Origin: Saccostrea echinata
Lineage: Eukaryota
Length of the DNA: 64,000 nucleotides
Assembly: GCF_033153115.1 (NCBI RefSeq)
Contig: NW_026889750.1
Coordinates: 3,534,001-3,598,000 of the forward strand
Direction of reading: 5' to 3'
Positions 23,467 through 36,500 of the stretch are shown piece after piece. The notes under the pieces were generated by a model. That model was given only the letters and a program-made list of their open reading frames with translations. It was not told the origin of the DNA and did no database searches. The number at the start of each line of letters is the position of its first letter. The first letter of the stretch is position 1. Both the position numbers and the translations under genes were made by a program.

Positions 23467-26400
23467 CTACATAAACATGTCATCATATCCTGGGGGTGGC
23501 ATGTGGTCAGGATCTGGACTGAAAGACAAAAATTTAGAAATATGTGAATATCTTCCACATTTTATACATGTACATGTTAATCAATATCATATACATTTAT
23601 TACAAAAGAAAAATCAGCACAATTGTAACAATATGACAGGGTTGTCCATACGAACTGAAATAGCAGGGTACTTTAAGGAAGTAGAAGAGGAACTAGGGTT
23701 CCTCCCCTAACGGGGTTGAGGGGGAATATTGATGATGATAAATAAAAACTCCTCGTATCAATATAACACATATAATAATTGTATATAATAATATAATATC
23801 AATATACATGTATTGAAAAGAAAGAACTGCACATTTGAACAATATGATACATGATAATGAATAAAAACTCCTTTGTATGGTTTGAAGTGCACGGTGCAGA
23901 AGACCCCATAACATTACCCAGTATCATATGCAAGCCTTATAAGAAACATGAACATCAACTCAAGATCTAGTATTAATGACACTTTCTCTTTTATTGGTCT
24001 GTCATGCTGTCATATGATTTGTAATCATCTTATAAGAAGATTATATAAATATTCTTACCCTGGTCCTGTTCCTGGTGGTCCAAAGGGATCAAATCTGGCA
24101 CCTGGTGGTACAGCTCCCCTGATCAATAAAATAGGTCATGAATAAGTAGATCAAAATTATAACAATCTTTTTGTATACTGCAGATACCTTGCAATAAATC
24201 ACTTCAAAAATTCTATTATAACAGAAAAATAAAGGAGAAAAATTATTAGTTGGACTGGGAACTAAACTTAGGACTCCTGCATTACTATTCAGGTGCTCTG
24301 AGTACTGAGCTATCAAGGCCAATATCTTATCCACAGTTTATACAGCCCAAACCACTACATCATACATGTAGTACTAATAAATACTGGTACAGTAACAATA
24401 TGGTAATTATATCCTAAGTTTAAAATTTTCACCATACATGATTTCAACTTGCTTCAAATTCACCTAAAGCTGTTTTTTGCTAGAAAGTTGAAAATCTTGT
24501 CAATATATGAAAAGTTGCTCATAAAAGATTAGGATAAATGGGGTGACAACATCCCAGCAATTAGTATTATTTAGGTTTTTTCAAATCACATCTACAGTGT
24601 AATTTGAATATGTGAATGTAACAATTCCCACAGAAAAGTAATGTATAGCTTCCCTTACAAAGAAAGACCTACAGTCCTACAGTATACATTTATCATTATA
24701 ACCAATATAAAAATATATATAAATAAAATAAAAACAAAGAAGCTTTATTTGAAATAGCTGATTGAAAATTTGATGTTTTAATGGGGTGAAATATTGTGAC
24801 CACTCACGGAGGGAGCCTCCTAGGTAATCCTGCACTGGGATCAGGTCGCATTCCTGGTATGGCGCCCGATCTCATGGGGTCAAAAACCATTCCTCCTCCT
24901 CTTCCTGCAGCAAATGGGTCAAGGTCACCCCTTCCAATTGAGAAAGGGTCATCTGGTTCATTCCTTTACAAATACCAAGAAAATCTCACTTTTATCTCAT
25001 TTACACAGCACAAATTTACATGGGTACAGTTACTAAAATAAAATTCACCACCAAAACAAACCACTGGCAAAGTGCAGTTGCTTTAAGAGTATTTATTAAA
25101 TGAGCATTTAAAATCAGATGTAAATAAATCAGGAAAGAGTGAAATTCAACATTTTTTTCACCTGACATTTCACTTATTTTTCAAGCTACTCTTACAAAGA
25201 AAGACAACTCTGCATAAGGATACATACCAACCACCAGGTGCTCTCTGTGGAGGTCTTCTGGGAGGAACTCTGAGTGGGTCATCATCCTCTAACCTTGACC
25301 TTTGAGTCCTTGACCTTTCCTGACTTGTGGAGGGTTGACTACTACTTGGAGGTTTTAGTATTGGATCCACAACAGTGGATTTAAATAGGGAACAGAGTTC
25401 ATCCAGCTGTTTGTATGCTCTGAAGAACAAAAAGAGAATAAGTATTTGCTGAAATACATTGTTTTATACTTGTAAATGTTACAATAAATTCTTTACTTTT
25501 TTTAACAATTTGTTTTTAACCATGTGTGCATCTAAAAGTGATGCTCTATAAGTAGTCTCTGGCAGAAATCATCAAATTAATCCAATTTCTTTAACTACCA
25601 GCCAGTACCAAACAAATTTAAAATCATGTAAATGATCAGATATGCTATACCTGATAGATATGGGAATATCATCGCATAATGTAGATTTTAATACAAAGTA
25701 TTATATAATTTTATTGAAATTTATCAAACCTATAGAGAAACAATAAAGCTCAATGTATGATGGCTGTGACAATACATGTAACAGTTACCGGTACTTCTCA
25801 TGGATCCTCAATAATATATGTACCTGGTCGATATATAAATAGGGCGAGACCAGTACCTCAGAGACAAAAGTATCAACCTATCTTCCAAAAATTATGATAA
25901 AATTTATCATTTTCCTCAGATAGAGATTTGAGTTATTCCATATATACCCATCATAAGATTCCACACTTCCAGTTGTGTACTCTGATGTCCTGACATTTAA
26001 ACTCTCTACAACGTCTGTCCCAGCTTTCTGTGAACAGTTAAAATACATCCAATTAATTTTTCTTTATGAATTTAGGGTTAAATTAAAGAATTATGTGCAA
26101 TAATACTTATATCCTGGTGTATTGTGGTTCACTGACAAAAAATATTGTATTGAGATTTTTTTTATAGTACCCATGCACTAGTAAAATACTTCTAAGAGGC
26201 TCTGAGTCAGTATTTCTAATTAAGAATAAAATATAAAGTTTTGATGTCAGAAACATTTGCAATCCTGCCAAACAGCAAGGCAAAAGCTATTGTATGGGTG
26301 CATTTTGGAGCATAACTGTAATTAAGTCAACAATAACTTTTTCAATGCTCCAATAATCAAAGATTTGGGGGTGGGGTGTAGTTTTTGGTCTGTCTATCCC

Positions 26401-27668
26401 TCTCTCTGTTTGTCTGTAAGAATACAATGAATGCATGTGTACATTTACCTTCATAGTTAATTGTAGATACATGTACCTGTATTGTTTATTCTAAAATCCC
26501 CCCTCCCCACTTAAGGAAATTTCAGTTCATTGCAATAGAAAAACAAGAGGCCCAGGGGCGACATCGCTCACCTGAGCACTGTGGCTACGAAAAAAGCAAA
26601 AATCAGTTTTAGTATTGAAAAGCTTAAATGCATGCATAGATGGTCCCAACCTACCACTAAAAGGGAGGGGGGGGGGGGGTTATGAATTGAACAAAATTGA
26701 ATCTATACTAATTAAGGATGCTTGCATATTTTTTTGACTGACACCTTTTTTTCCTACAAGTTTGAACTTTCATTGTGGCCCCACCCTACCCCCAGGGGGT
26801 CATAATTTGAAGAAACTTGAATCTACACTATCTGAGGATGCTTCCATATAAATACAACCAATCATGGCTTTGCTGTTCTTGAGAAGAAGATTTTTGAAGA
26901 TTTTTCCTATATATTCCTATGTAAAACTTTGATCGTCCACTATGGCCCCACCCTACCCCCGGGGGTCATGATTTGAACAAACTTGAATCTACACCATCTG
27001 AAGATGCTTCCGTATAAATATGACCAATCATAGCTTTGCTGTTCTTGAAAAGAAGATTTTTGAAGATTTTTCCTATATACTCCTATGTAAAAATTTGATC
27101 GTCCATTGTGGCCCCACCCTACCCCTGGGGGTCATGATTTGAACAAACTTGAATCTACACCACCTGTAGATGCTTCCTTGTAAATATGACCAAGCATGGC
27201 TTTGCTGTTCTTGAGAAGAAGAATTTTTAAGATTTTTCCTATATATTCGTATGTTAAACTTTGATCGTCCACTGTGGCTCCACCCTTCCCCCAGGGGTCA
27301 TGATTTGAACATACTTGAATCTACACCACATGAGGATGCTTTCACATAAATATGACCACTCATTGCTTTGCTGTTCTTGAGAAGAAGATTTTTAAAGATT
27401 TTTCCTATATATTCGTATGTTAAACTTTGATCGTCCACTGTGGCTCCACCCTTCCCCCAGGGGTCATGATTTGAACAAATTTTAATCTACACTACCTGAC
27501 AATGATTCCACGTGAGTTTCATCTTTCCTTGCCCATTGGTTCTTGAGAAGAAGATTTTTCAATGATGACATTAATTTTTCTCTATTACGTAATTATCTCC
27601 CCTTGGAGGAAGGCATGGACCTTCATTTGAACGTACTTGAATCCCCTTTATCCAAGAATACTCTGTGT

Positions 27669-27699
<31 letters not shown>

Positions 27700-27737
27700 G
27701 GAGAAGAAGATGAAATTGTGAAAAGTTTACAACAACA

Positions 27738-27799
<62 letters not shown>

Positions 27800-30393
27800 G
27801 GCTGGTATCATGAAGATTCCATCCGCATGGTAAAGAAAAAAGATTTTTAGATGATGAACAGTAAAGCCATGTAATTGTTTGAGAACAGTGGCACCATCCA
27901 TAATTTGTTCAAGTAGGTAAGGGTTTAGCACTTATAAAGACAATTACGATGGAAAACTTCAAGAAAAGAATATTTATCATGCACACATGCTGACAGAATA
28001 TTAAAGACTGATTTTACTAAGGATTTAATTGAATAGTTATTTATCATTTCTAGTGTAAGAGTAATTTATCTTTATTTTGACTATTTTGTGGAATGGAAAT
28101 ATATAAATTATCTTTCCTTTCAGATGATACTTTGAAATTTTTTTATTTATTCATCTGATTTGTCCCTAAAGAATTGGATATTCCACCCAATGAAAAAAAT
28201 TACTGTAAAGTGTAAACCAATCATTATTTAATTGTGACAACTTCTAATCTTGATTTGTCAGTTTGAAATCTATAAGTGACTATTACTGGTAAAGTTCAAG
28301 ACTGAGGAAACATTCTTCACAAATACAGTGAATACAGTATTTTCTACAGTAAAATATTCTCCAAGTTGATTGATACATGCATGTACCATGAAATGGACCA
28401 AGAAGTCCTCATCAATCCGAATAACTTTCAGGATGTACACTGCATCTTTCTCATTTTTTGATGTGTAACGCATGGCATAAAAGTCTGGGGTGGAATTCCA
28501 GCCAGCAGGCAAACTCTCTGACGCTTTCTCCGTGGCATTACTTGACTTCTGTAATAAAAATTTACAATGACATGGCCAACTTCTGAAACAAGAACAAAAC
28601 AAAACAGAAATGTAGAGTGCTGCTCCCTAGAATACCTTAAAAAATCATTTTAAATTTGCTGCTTCCTGTCATATTTTGAAAAGACAGTCCAAATTTAATA
28701 GCATTAGCATGCACAGTGAGCTCTATAGAATGCACATGCATGAATAAAATAAGGAAATTCAAGTTAAATCAATATATCTGCAATACTGTCTCTAAATTTA
28801 TAACAAGATTATGTAAAAAGAAAAAAATTATTAACTTTATCTGATAGTAAGCACAGTGAGCTACACAAAGCTCTGCTTGCACTGTGAGCTCTGAAAGCAA
28901 CAACAGCCCTGGGCAATGAAAAAATTTGGACTGTGCACACTGATCAAAATGAAATGTTTTTTCAAAGTTAATTCGGTACTCAAAATTCTTTGTAAATTGC
29001 ATATGGCTGCACAAACTACTTCTCAGTACATGTATAACCAATCAGAGTCCAAAATAAACCAGACACTCACCTTGCTTTAATGGAAACTGCAGATTGAAAC
29101 AAGATTAATTAATTTCTTATTTTAAAAATTTGCACTTTGTAGGCCCTAGACTATTATAAAAATGCAACTAACATACAAATGATATGACATCACAGTCTAG
29201 ACTGAGTGCTTCAGAACTTTAATCTTCCAAATTTCTCATAACATTAGAAGAGAACAGGTGGATCTACAATATCTAAGTTGAACATGATTGTATTTTAAGG
29301 TATTTTATTGATCCAGTAATCAATACACAATTGTGCTTGCCCCAATGGTTGTACCAACAAGCATAGTATAATGATACTCTCTTAATAATACAAATAAATA
29401 ATAGCAAGCGCAGCGAGTGGCACAACACTGCAAGCTCTTAAGGCTATGCCTGCATGGGTGAAGAGAAAAACTGTACTGTGCACATTGAAATCCAAACGAT
29501 TTTTCTTTCACAGAACCTTGAGACCCACAATGAAACAAGAATGCATCTCCCTGCTAACTATGTTTTTGCAGTAACAACAATAGTTCATGAATAATTAACT
29601 CATTGATTTAACTTTTAATGGATATTGCAGAGAAATAGTAGATTAAATGTTTTTTGTTGAACAATATAGATGTTCCAAATGTCTCGTACAGTTTGAAGAG
29701 GCATGATGATGTTTTCTAAGTTAAAAGTGAATAGGTATCCAGTAATATACAACTGCGCTCACCCCAGCAGTCGCACTGTCAACATATTATGACTTAAATA
29801 CTAAGAATACTGCATCTTTGAGAAAGCTTGGTATGTAAGTTATGATAAGTCATAGTCTACACATTTTCTATTCTATGTGCATGCCCCTTTTTAACATTCT
29901 GATGTAACCTGCTTATGAAGATGACACAATATAAATTACATAACTGTGCTCATGGGCACTTGTGTTAATGTAAATAGAGCCAACAACATACTCATATTTG
30001 CATTAACTTCCAGTGACTGTGACTGTGTGCTGGCTCCCAACTGTTACGTAGTGGAACATTTTATAACTAAAGATCCATTATACCATAGTTTTCCATTACT
30101 GAATATACTACATACTTATATCTTAGTTAGTACACGCTAACGAACATAGTACGAGCAAAGTTGGGAGAAATACTTGGAAATGTTCTGAAACTACGAAAGT
30201 GAAAGTAGACCATGAAAACGCAGTTATATTTATCTTTCTTAATCCGTGTTGATTTTACCTCTTCTCCATTTCCCAGACATTTAAAACCGTTCGATATTAA
30301 CTCCCAATGAAAAACAGCAATCAAAGCATCCTGACTTGACTTGAGTTGACTTTTTATGCTGTTGAACAGAAGTTCAAGACCCGGAGAGGCCAT
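23467..30393 (-). CDS. PSMF1: Proteasome inhibitor PI31
   Basis: Exons (minus) 30393-30259, 28548-28387, 26027-25948, 25419-25228, 24963-24808, 24118-24059, 23518-23467. FP domain (GLELLF...DALIAVFHWELISNGFKCLG, SESLPAGWN) and Pro-rich tail DPLRVPPR, IGRGDLDPF, GAVPPGARFDPFGP, PDPDHMPPPGYDDMFM*. Confidence 0.95.
24217..24359 (-). mobile_element. Degenerate solo LTR with tRNA-like core, related to the TRIM at 32853-33211
   Basis: Plus strand tataacagaaaaataaaggagaaaa...caggtgctctgagtactgagctatc...accactaca parallels the TRIM LTRs; TSD not preserved. Confidence 0.5.
26542..27798 (-). mobile_element. Non-autonomous Helentron carrying a 166-bp Cg170-like satellite
   Basis: Ends AACAAGAGGCCCAGGGGCGACATCGCTCACCTGAG and AAAAGCTCACTTGAGCCTTCGGCTCAGGTGAGCTAAAA; units at 26776, 26943, 27109, 27275, 27441 (period 166-167). 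Confidence 0.85.
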
Positions 30394-30583
30394 TGTGAAA
30401 GTAGTCTCTAAACCAAGATGAAATCATTTAATACCTTTAAAATATGTAATGTCATTGATCAAAATTTTAAATAAATGTTTCAAAAATATCCATTTTAATC
30501 AAAATGGATAACTTAAATTGTTCATATAATTGACTCTTTCAAATTTGATTTTAGTTTAGAGATTAACAAGAACCAGAAAAATC
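30394..30583. promoter_or_regulatory. Bidirectional promoter region PSMF1/TRMT11
   Basis: Divergent start codons separated by only 190 bp. Confidence 0.75.
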
Positions 30584-33500
30584 ATGGCGGCCCCCATGAA
30601 ACACAACGCGAGTACACTGTGTAGAACATATTTGCTCTATTTTGCAAATCATCATGTTGATTTCAGGATTTCTGTATGTAAAATTGATATGCTTAAATAC
30701 ACGGATTTATATCCAAAGAGAAATTCTTTTTAGATATTCTTATTTAAAGTTAAATTAAAAAAGAAATAAAAATGCTTTAGTCTAGAGACATTTAGGCTTA
30801 TGTCTCTGTTTAGTCTAATATGTTTACGTCTTACTTGTCTCTTCAACATTAATGCAGGAGCTAGTGGCCCTGGCTGAGATGTTTGGAATTGACTTGCCAA
30901 CAGAGAGTTTGAAAGGACATGATAAGGAGGTAATTAATTGTACCATCACTCAACTAGTACATACATGTAGTTAGTAAATGAAAAGATCTTATGACATCAT
31001 GCAACCTATGATGCCATTACGTCAGCATGGTCAAGTCATTGTAGAATAAATCTTCCACCTCTTAAAAATTAATATGTTTTACGGTGTGACCGTTGGGGCA
31101 AGCGCAGTTGTACCATCAAAAAGCTATAGCAGCTTACACTTGTAACGTTGATCCGCCTCTTCAAAATCAAACGTCAAACCGCACGAGACACAGTCTAGAC
31201 TGTGACGTCACATGACGTCGGAATTAACGGAGACAGCCGAGCGTCTGGTTGAACGAGACTAAAGATCTTGTGCAATAATAAATAAAATACTATAGAGTAG
31301 ATGCAGGGTTGGCAAAAAACTGGGAAATACTCGTATTTCCCAGGACGGTGGGAAATACTGGTAATTACCAGAAATTACTGGTATTTCCCGGGAAATACTG
31401 GGAAATAAGAAATAGGTGTATATTTCATTCATATTGACATGTAGTACACCTTATTGGCTAAGATATCTACCTGGTATCACTGTTCCCGATTTCAAAAATT
31501 CTGGTTTCCAAGTAATTCATTTTATATACATGTAATTGAACACAGTATATTCATATACCAATCATGAGTGCTTGAATCAGATGTAGTCTATAAAGGTCCA
31601 TGAAATGAACACAAAGATCCCAACTGGGTTTTTATGTAACTAAAGAAGGATCTAAGAAAATTCTTAAATGTAGAGTATGGTATGAATATCAAATCTGAGA
31701 AGAAGCCTTTAGTTTTACTCAAGGTAATTATCTCTCAAAACAGGAGCACAAAACTGTCCAGAACAATTTGTTAAAACAACATGATTGTTTGTAATAACTA
31801 CAGTGTTTATAGAAGGATGAAAACAAGTTTTTTTTTGTTGTTGTTCTTGGATTTATAATTAATAAACTTAATAATTTTACAAAACTGAAAAGAAACTTGA
31901 ATTGAAAAACTTCAGTTTTGTACAGCCAGGAAAATGTTTCAGAATGCTTTTGGGTATGGGACCTGGAGTAGGTGATACATTCTGAATATGTTATATAGCA
32001 ATTTGAGACATATTCCATATTATTCATCTTCTGTTTTTATGTTTATTTTATTTTTAAATTTTGTATAAGATTGAATGAATTAGAGAAATAAAAAAACTCT
32101 AATAACTTAGTATTTCCCAGTATTTCCCAATATTTCCCAGTTTAGAGAAAATTTGTAGTATTTCCCGGGACGGGAAATACCAGTATTTACCACTGGTAAT
32201 TCCCACCACTGGTATTTCCCGGTCAACCCTGAGTAGATGTAAATATTTTTTTGTTTCTTTTAAGCCCTCTGCAAAGAAAGAAAAGTAAACGTATCTCTCG
32301 GTAATGAATAATTATCCTTGGTCTTTTGTATGTTTTGTAAGAATTTCGCATGGAACCCTGGTAGCCAAAGAATTCTGGGAATGTTGCACCAGAAAATTTG
32401 CCTGACGTATGTACAGATTTCATTCCGAATTTCCTCTGTTCTTACACGTTAGTCTATTGAGCTCGCTTTGCGAGCAGCGCTTCGCACTGCTCGCTGCACT
32501 CGCTATTAATAATGTGGTAGTGTAAGATACATGCAATCTACTAGCTTGGGCTAGTGTGTTAACCCTTAAGCTCAATAGGTAGAGCACTGGACTGACATGC
32601 CAGAGGGCCCTGGTTCAATCCCAAGTGGAGGCACATACATGTCTCTGTTACAATACAGTCAAACCTCATTATCTTGAACTAGATTGGACAAAAAAAACTT
32701 TTATCTGAGGATTCAAGATATTGAGGTTAAAATACAAAAGAAAAAGAGAAGTGGGGACTTCCAACTCACTTCGGCATATACTTGGTATTCAAGATATTGG
32801 TGTTTGAGATACAGAAGTTCAGAATCACCTATATATGACACTTGGTTTCTCATGTTACCAGACAGGGAGGAAATGTGACAGACCAGACAAGAATTAGAAC
32901 CTGGGCCCCCTGAATCTCCAGTCAAGTGCTCTTCCAACTGAGCTATCTGGCAACCAGTGATCGAACCTGCCTGACCACCATATTCCTTCCTCTGTAAAGA
33001 TCTTCATCCCTAAGACACCAACCCAGGCTCTATACTGGCAGATTTTTCACCTGTCACTTCGAGAACATGGTCAAGGCACCAAATGTAACAGGAAAGGAGA
33101 AAATGCAACGAATCAGATCAGATTCGAACCTGGGCCCCCTGAATCACTAGTCAGGTGCTCTACCAACTGAACTATCTGGCTGCCGGCTATCGAACCCTCT
33201 TGACTGCCATACTCAAATAACACCAGTCCTGAGAACTTGATTGATTCCCTGTTGTGTATTTTTTTTGTCTTGTTCAAAGAGGACTTTAAATTATACATGT
33301 CCAGGCCCCAAGACCATAAACTGAGAACAAACTTAAGTCAGTATTTAGATTTTGAATATATTGACTTAAATTCAACAAGCTTCTTTGAAAAGTCGCACAT
33401 TTGTACAGGGGTTGAAATATACGGTAGCCCGACGCCCGGGGCTAGTCATTTTAAGACTCGGGCTAGCAAATTTTAATGTAACAATAGTCCGTCAGACTAG

Positions 33501-36500
33501 CAGAACAGAAAAAAAATTCTCATCAGTTTACTTTGGATTTTCTATGTAGACTCAGGTTTCTTTTGACTGAGAACTAGTTTAATTTGTTTCTGTCACCAGA
33601 GTGTTGAAACTTTAACTGGTTGTTTTCATTTTGCATAAAAAATTGTTGGGCTAATTAGTTTGAGGTTTGGGCTAGTAATTTTTTACTGATCAGTAGCCAA
33701 TGGGCTAGTGGGATTTCCAGGAAAATTTCAACCCCTGTTTGTAAAATATTTAAATGTAATCACATAATCAAAATTTGATATTATTTTCTTGATTATTCCA
33801 AATTTGAAATTTTGATTAAGTCTGTTCTATGTTTATGGACTTGGGGCCAGATCTATAGAATATTATATTTTTTCATTTTTCTCTCTCAAGAAAACTTCAC
33901 TTAAAACTCCCATTATTCACTTTGGAAACCTTTATTGACAACAGAAATTAAATCTGCATTCCTTTCTCACGTAGTCAAAGAATTAGGAACAGCTGTTTTT
34001 TCTGATGATTACCTCAAACTTGATTCCCTTTCATGGTTTGTTTATTTTCAGTGTCCATTTCTCAACCTCACTTTGACATCAGAAGTCCAGGCAAAACAAT
34101 TAGCAAGTAGAAGTGTACTTATCAAGTAAGGTCATTTATTTATATTATTGAAACACTAAAAATGAAAAATAGAATATGCTAAAGAATATTTTTTTGTGTA
34201 CATTATTTCAAAGTTCATTATTTTGACAGTTACCACTTCTGATTCATGTAGCCTTAGAAGATATTTTTAGAAAAGTAATGTTTGTTTCAGATCAGTTATA
34301 GAGTTGTGGGGCCATGGAAACACTCTTGAAGATTTGTTTCAAGATTTGAAAAAATCCTCAAATTTAATGGTAATTATTATTAATAATGTTTTTTTTTAAA
34401 GAATTTTTTATTATTATTTTTAAATCCAATATCATTCATTTGATTCATTTTTTGATTGATTTTTTTTTTCCAGGTGCCATATTTTTCTGAAAATTCTTCT
34501 TTGAAAGTTGTTGTTGATGGCTTCAATAGGTCACTTCCACAAAAATACAAAATACAGATCATCGAGGTCAGCTATGAGCATATTTATTTACAATAATTGT
34601 TGACTATTCATACTTGTACCTAAACATAGATATGTTATATGCATGCAATATTTGGGTAGATATCATAGGCATGGATTTATTTGTTCATAAATGATTGATT
34701 AAAAGTTGAAGACTTTGCATTTGTCAAAAACAGTAATCTCAACTATTCTGCTTATTTTGACTTAAATTCCCAGTTCCAAAGCAAATATTGATTTTGAATA
34801 TCAAAGTAAGTTTTTTAATTTTTTTTTTTTTTTCATTTTCATTTTTCATTCTTTGAGTAACTAAATATTTTATACAAATTGAATGTGTCACACCTTAATA
34901 ATCTTTATTTTCTTATAATCCATCCAATACTTGAAATCTATGCTTGACAGTATTTTTTCTAATGTAATATATCATATAGAAAGAAATGAATGAATTGCGT
35001 TTGTCTTGGACATTTAAGACTTTAAATGTAAGCCTTGAGGAGCACAAACCCTGGGCTCACAATCAATCACACCAAATCCTAGATCTGCCCTTATTAATTG
35101 TATTTTATGTGACGTTAACATACCGGGGGTATGAGTTTCTTGTGACATTCCAGAATACATTGTACAGTGCTGAGCTTGAATAAGTTTTCCACATTCTAAA
35201 CAAGTCATTTGAACTTGCTCTAAATTTATTCATGTAATGAATGATAGTTACATGTACGAATGACAAGTCAACAATCGATTTAAATGAAAATGAATATTTT
35301 TTTTTTCAGTTTATAACACTGATATGTATATGAACCAATTTGATTTTATTTTCTTTTTCAGAAATTACTAACAGATGATGTTCTACCATTTAAAGGGAGA
35401 ATAGATCTTAAGAACCCAGAACAAATCTATTATTATTTAGAAGACTTTGGGAGACAATCAAAAAATGCCACAGGAGACCCTCAACATGTGTACTTTGGTA
35501 GGTGGGTAAGTATTATTATTAGGGATGGGTATCGCCAAAACTTTTGTATCGTAATATATCATGATTTTTTTTCAAATGTATCACGATAAAATCATGATAT
35601 TTTTTCACATTATTTTTACTTTGATTTTAAATGAATTTCCATGATTTTTCTAACAAATAAAGTGTGAAAATATAACTTCACTTTTTTTCATTTTTATTTT
35701 GGCCTATATACATTTATTAATAAAGCATGATTGGATGCTAGGATGCCGTTGCTTTACTATTTTACAACATTTTTACAGTTCCTGTAATAGTAGTTTAAGA
35801 GTTTGAACAAAAAAAATTACTTATTTTCGGAATTTATAATTACATACTGAATACTAATATTTAATCTCTGTATCACGATACTTATTGCACAATAAAAAAA
35901 TCACAATATACCGGTATACTGATAAAATCGCATATCCCTAATTATACAAAACACCTTGTAAGTATTTGTACGTAAGCAAACTACAAATACATATATATAT
36001 ATGAATAACTATTTACATTCTTTTACAACTTGACCAAAACACCATCTAATGATTTGATTTAACCATTGATTTGTTGATGTGATACTTGAGTATACATGAA
36101 AATTAACAATCAGAAGGTTAAAGATATTAATTTTCTACTGTTCAAAGTTTATATCATGAATTTAAATAATGAAATTCATGTACATTTGGTAGAAAATTAA
36201 GCAAATTAAGACCAGCATTTTTATATTGTGAAGACTTCAGAAGTGTTGGAGCAATCTCGCACTAGAGGACTTAAGTAAAGCTTGGTGAGAGATTGGTGTC
36301 AGAGGTTTTCAAATTTTCAATTAGAGCATTATGTTTGCAAAGATATGAGTATTCACACACAGTAAAATACACATATTTCTATAATACTGGTACTCATTTC
36401 ACATGAAGTATATGCCTTCAGTTTCTAAAGTATACTTTCGTTTTCTTAGTATAATGGTACATGTGAAGTACAGCTGTATGATTATGGCAGGTCAATACTG

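Noticed and set aside
32567-33190. Functional tRNA genes
   Set aside because: Acceptor and T stems are imperfect, the anticodon loop is irregular, and the sequences sit inside LTRs; treated as TE-borne tRNA-like sequence.
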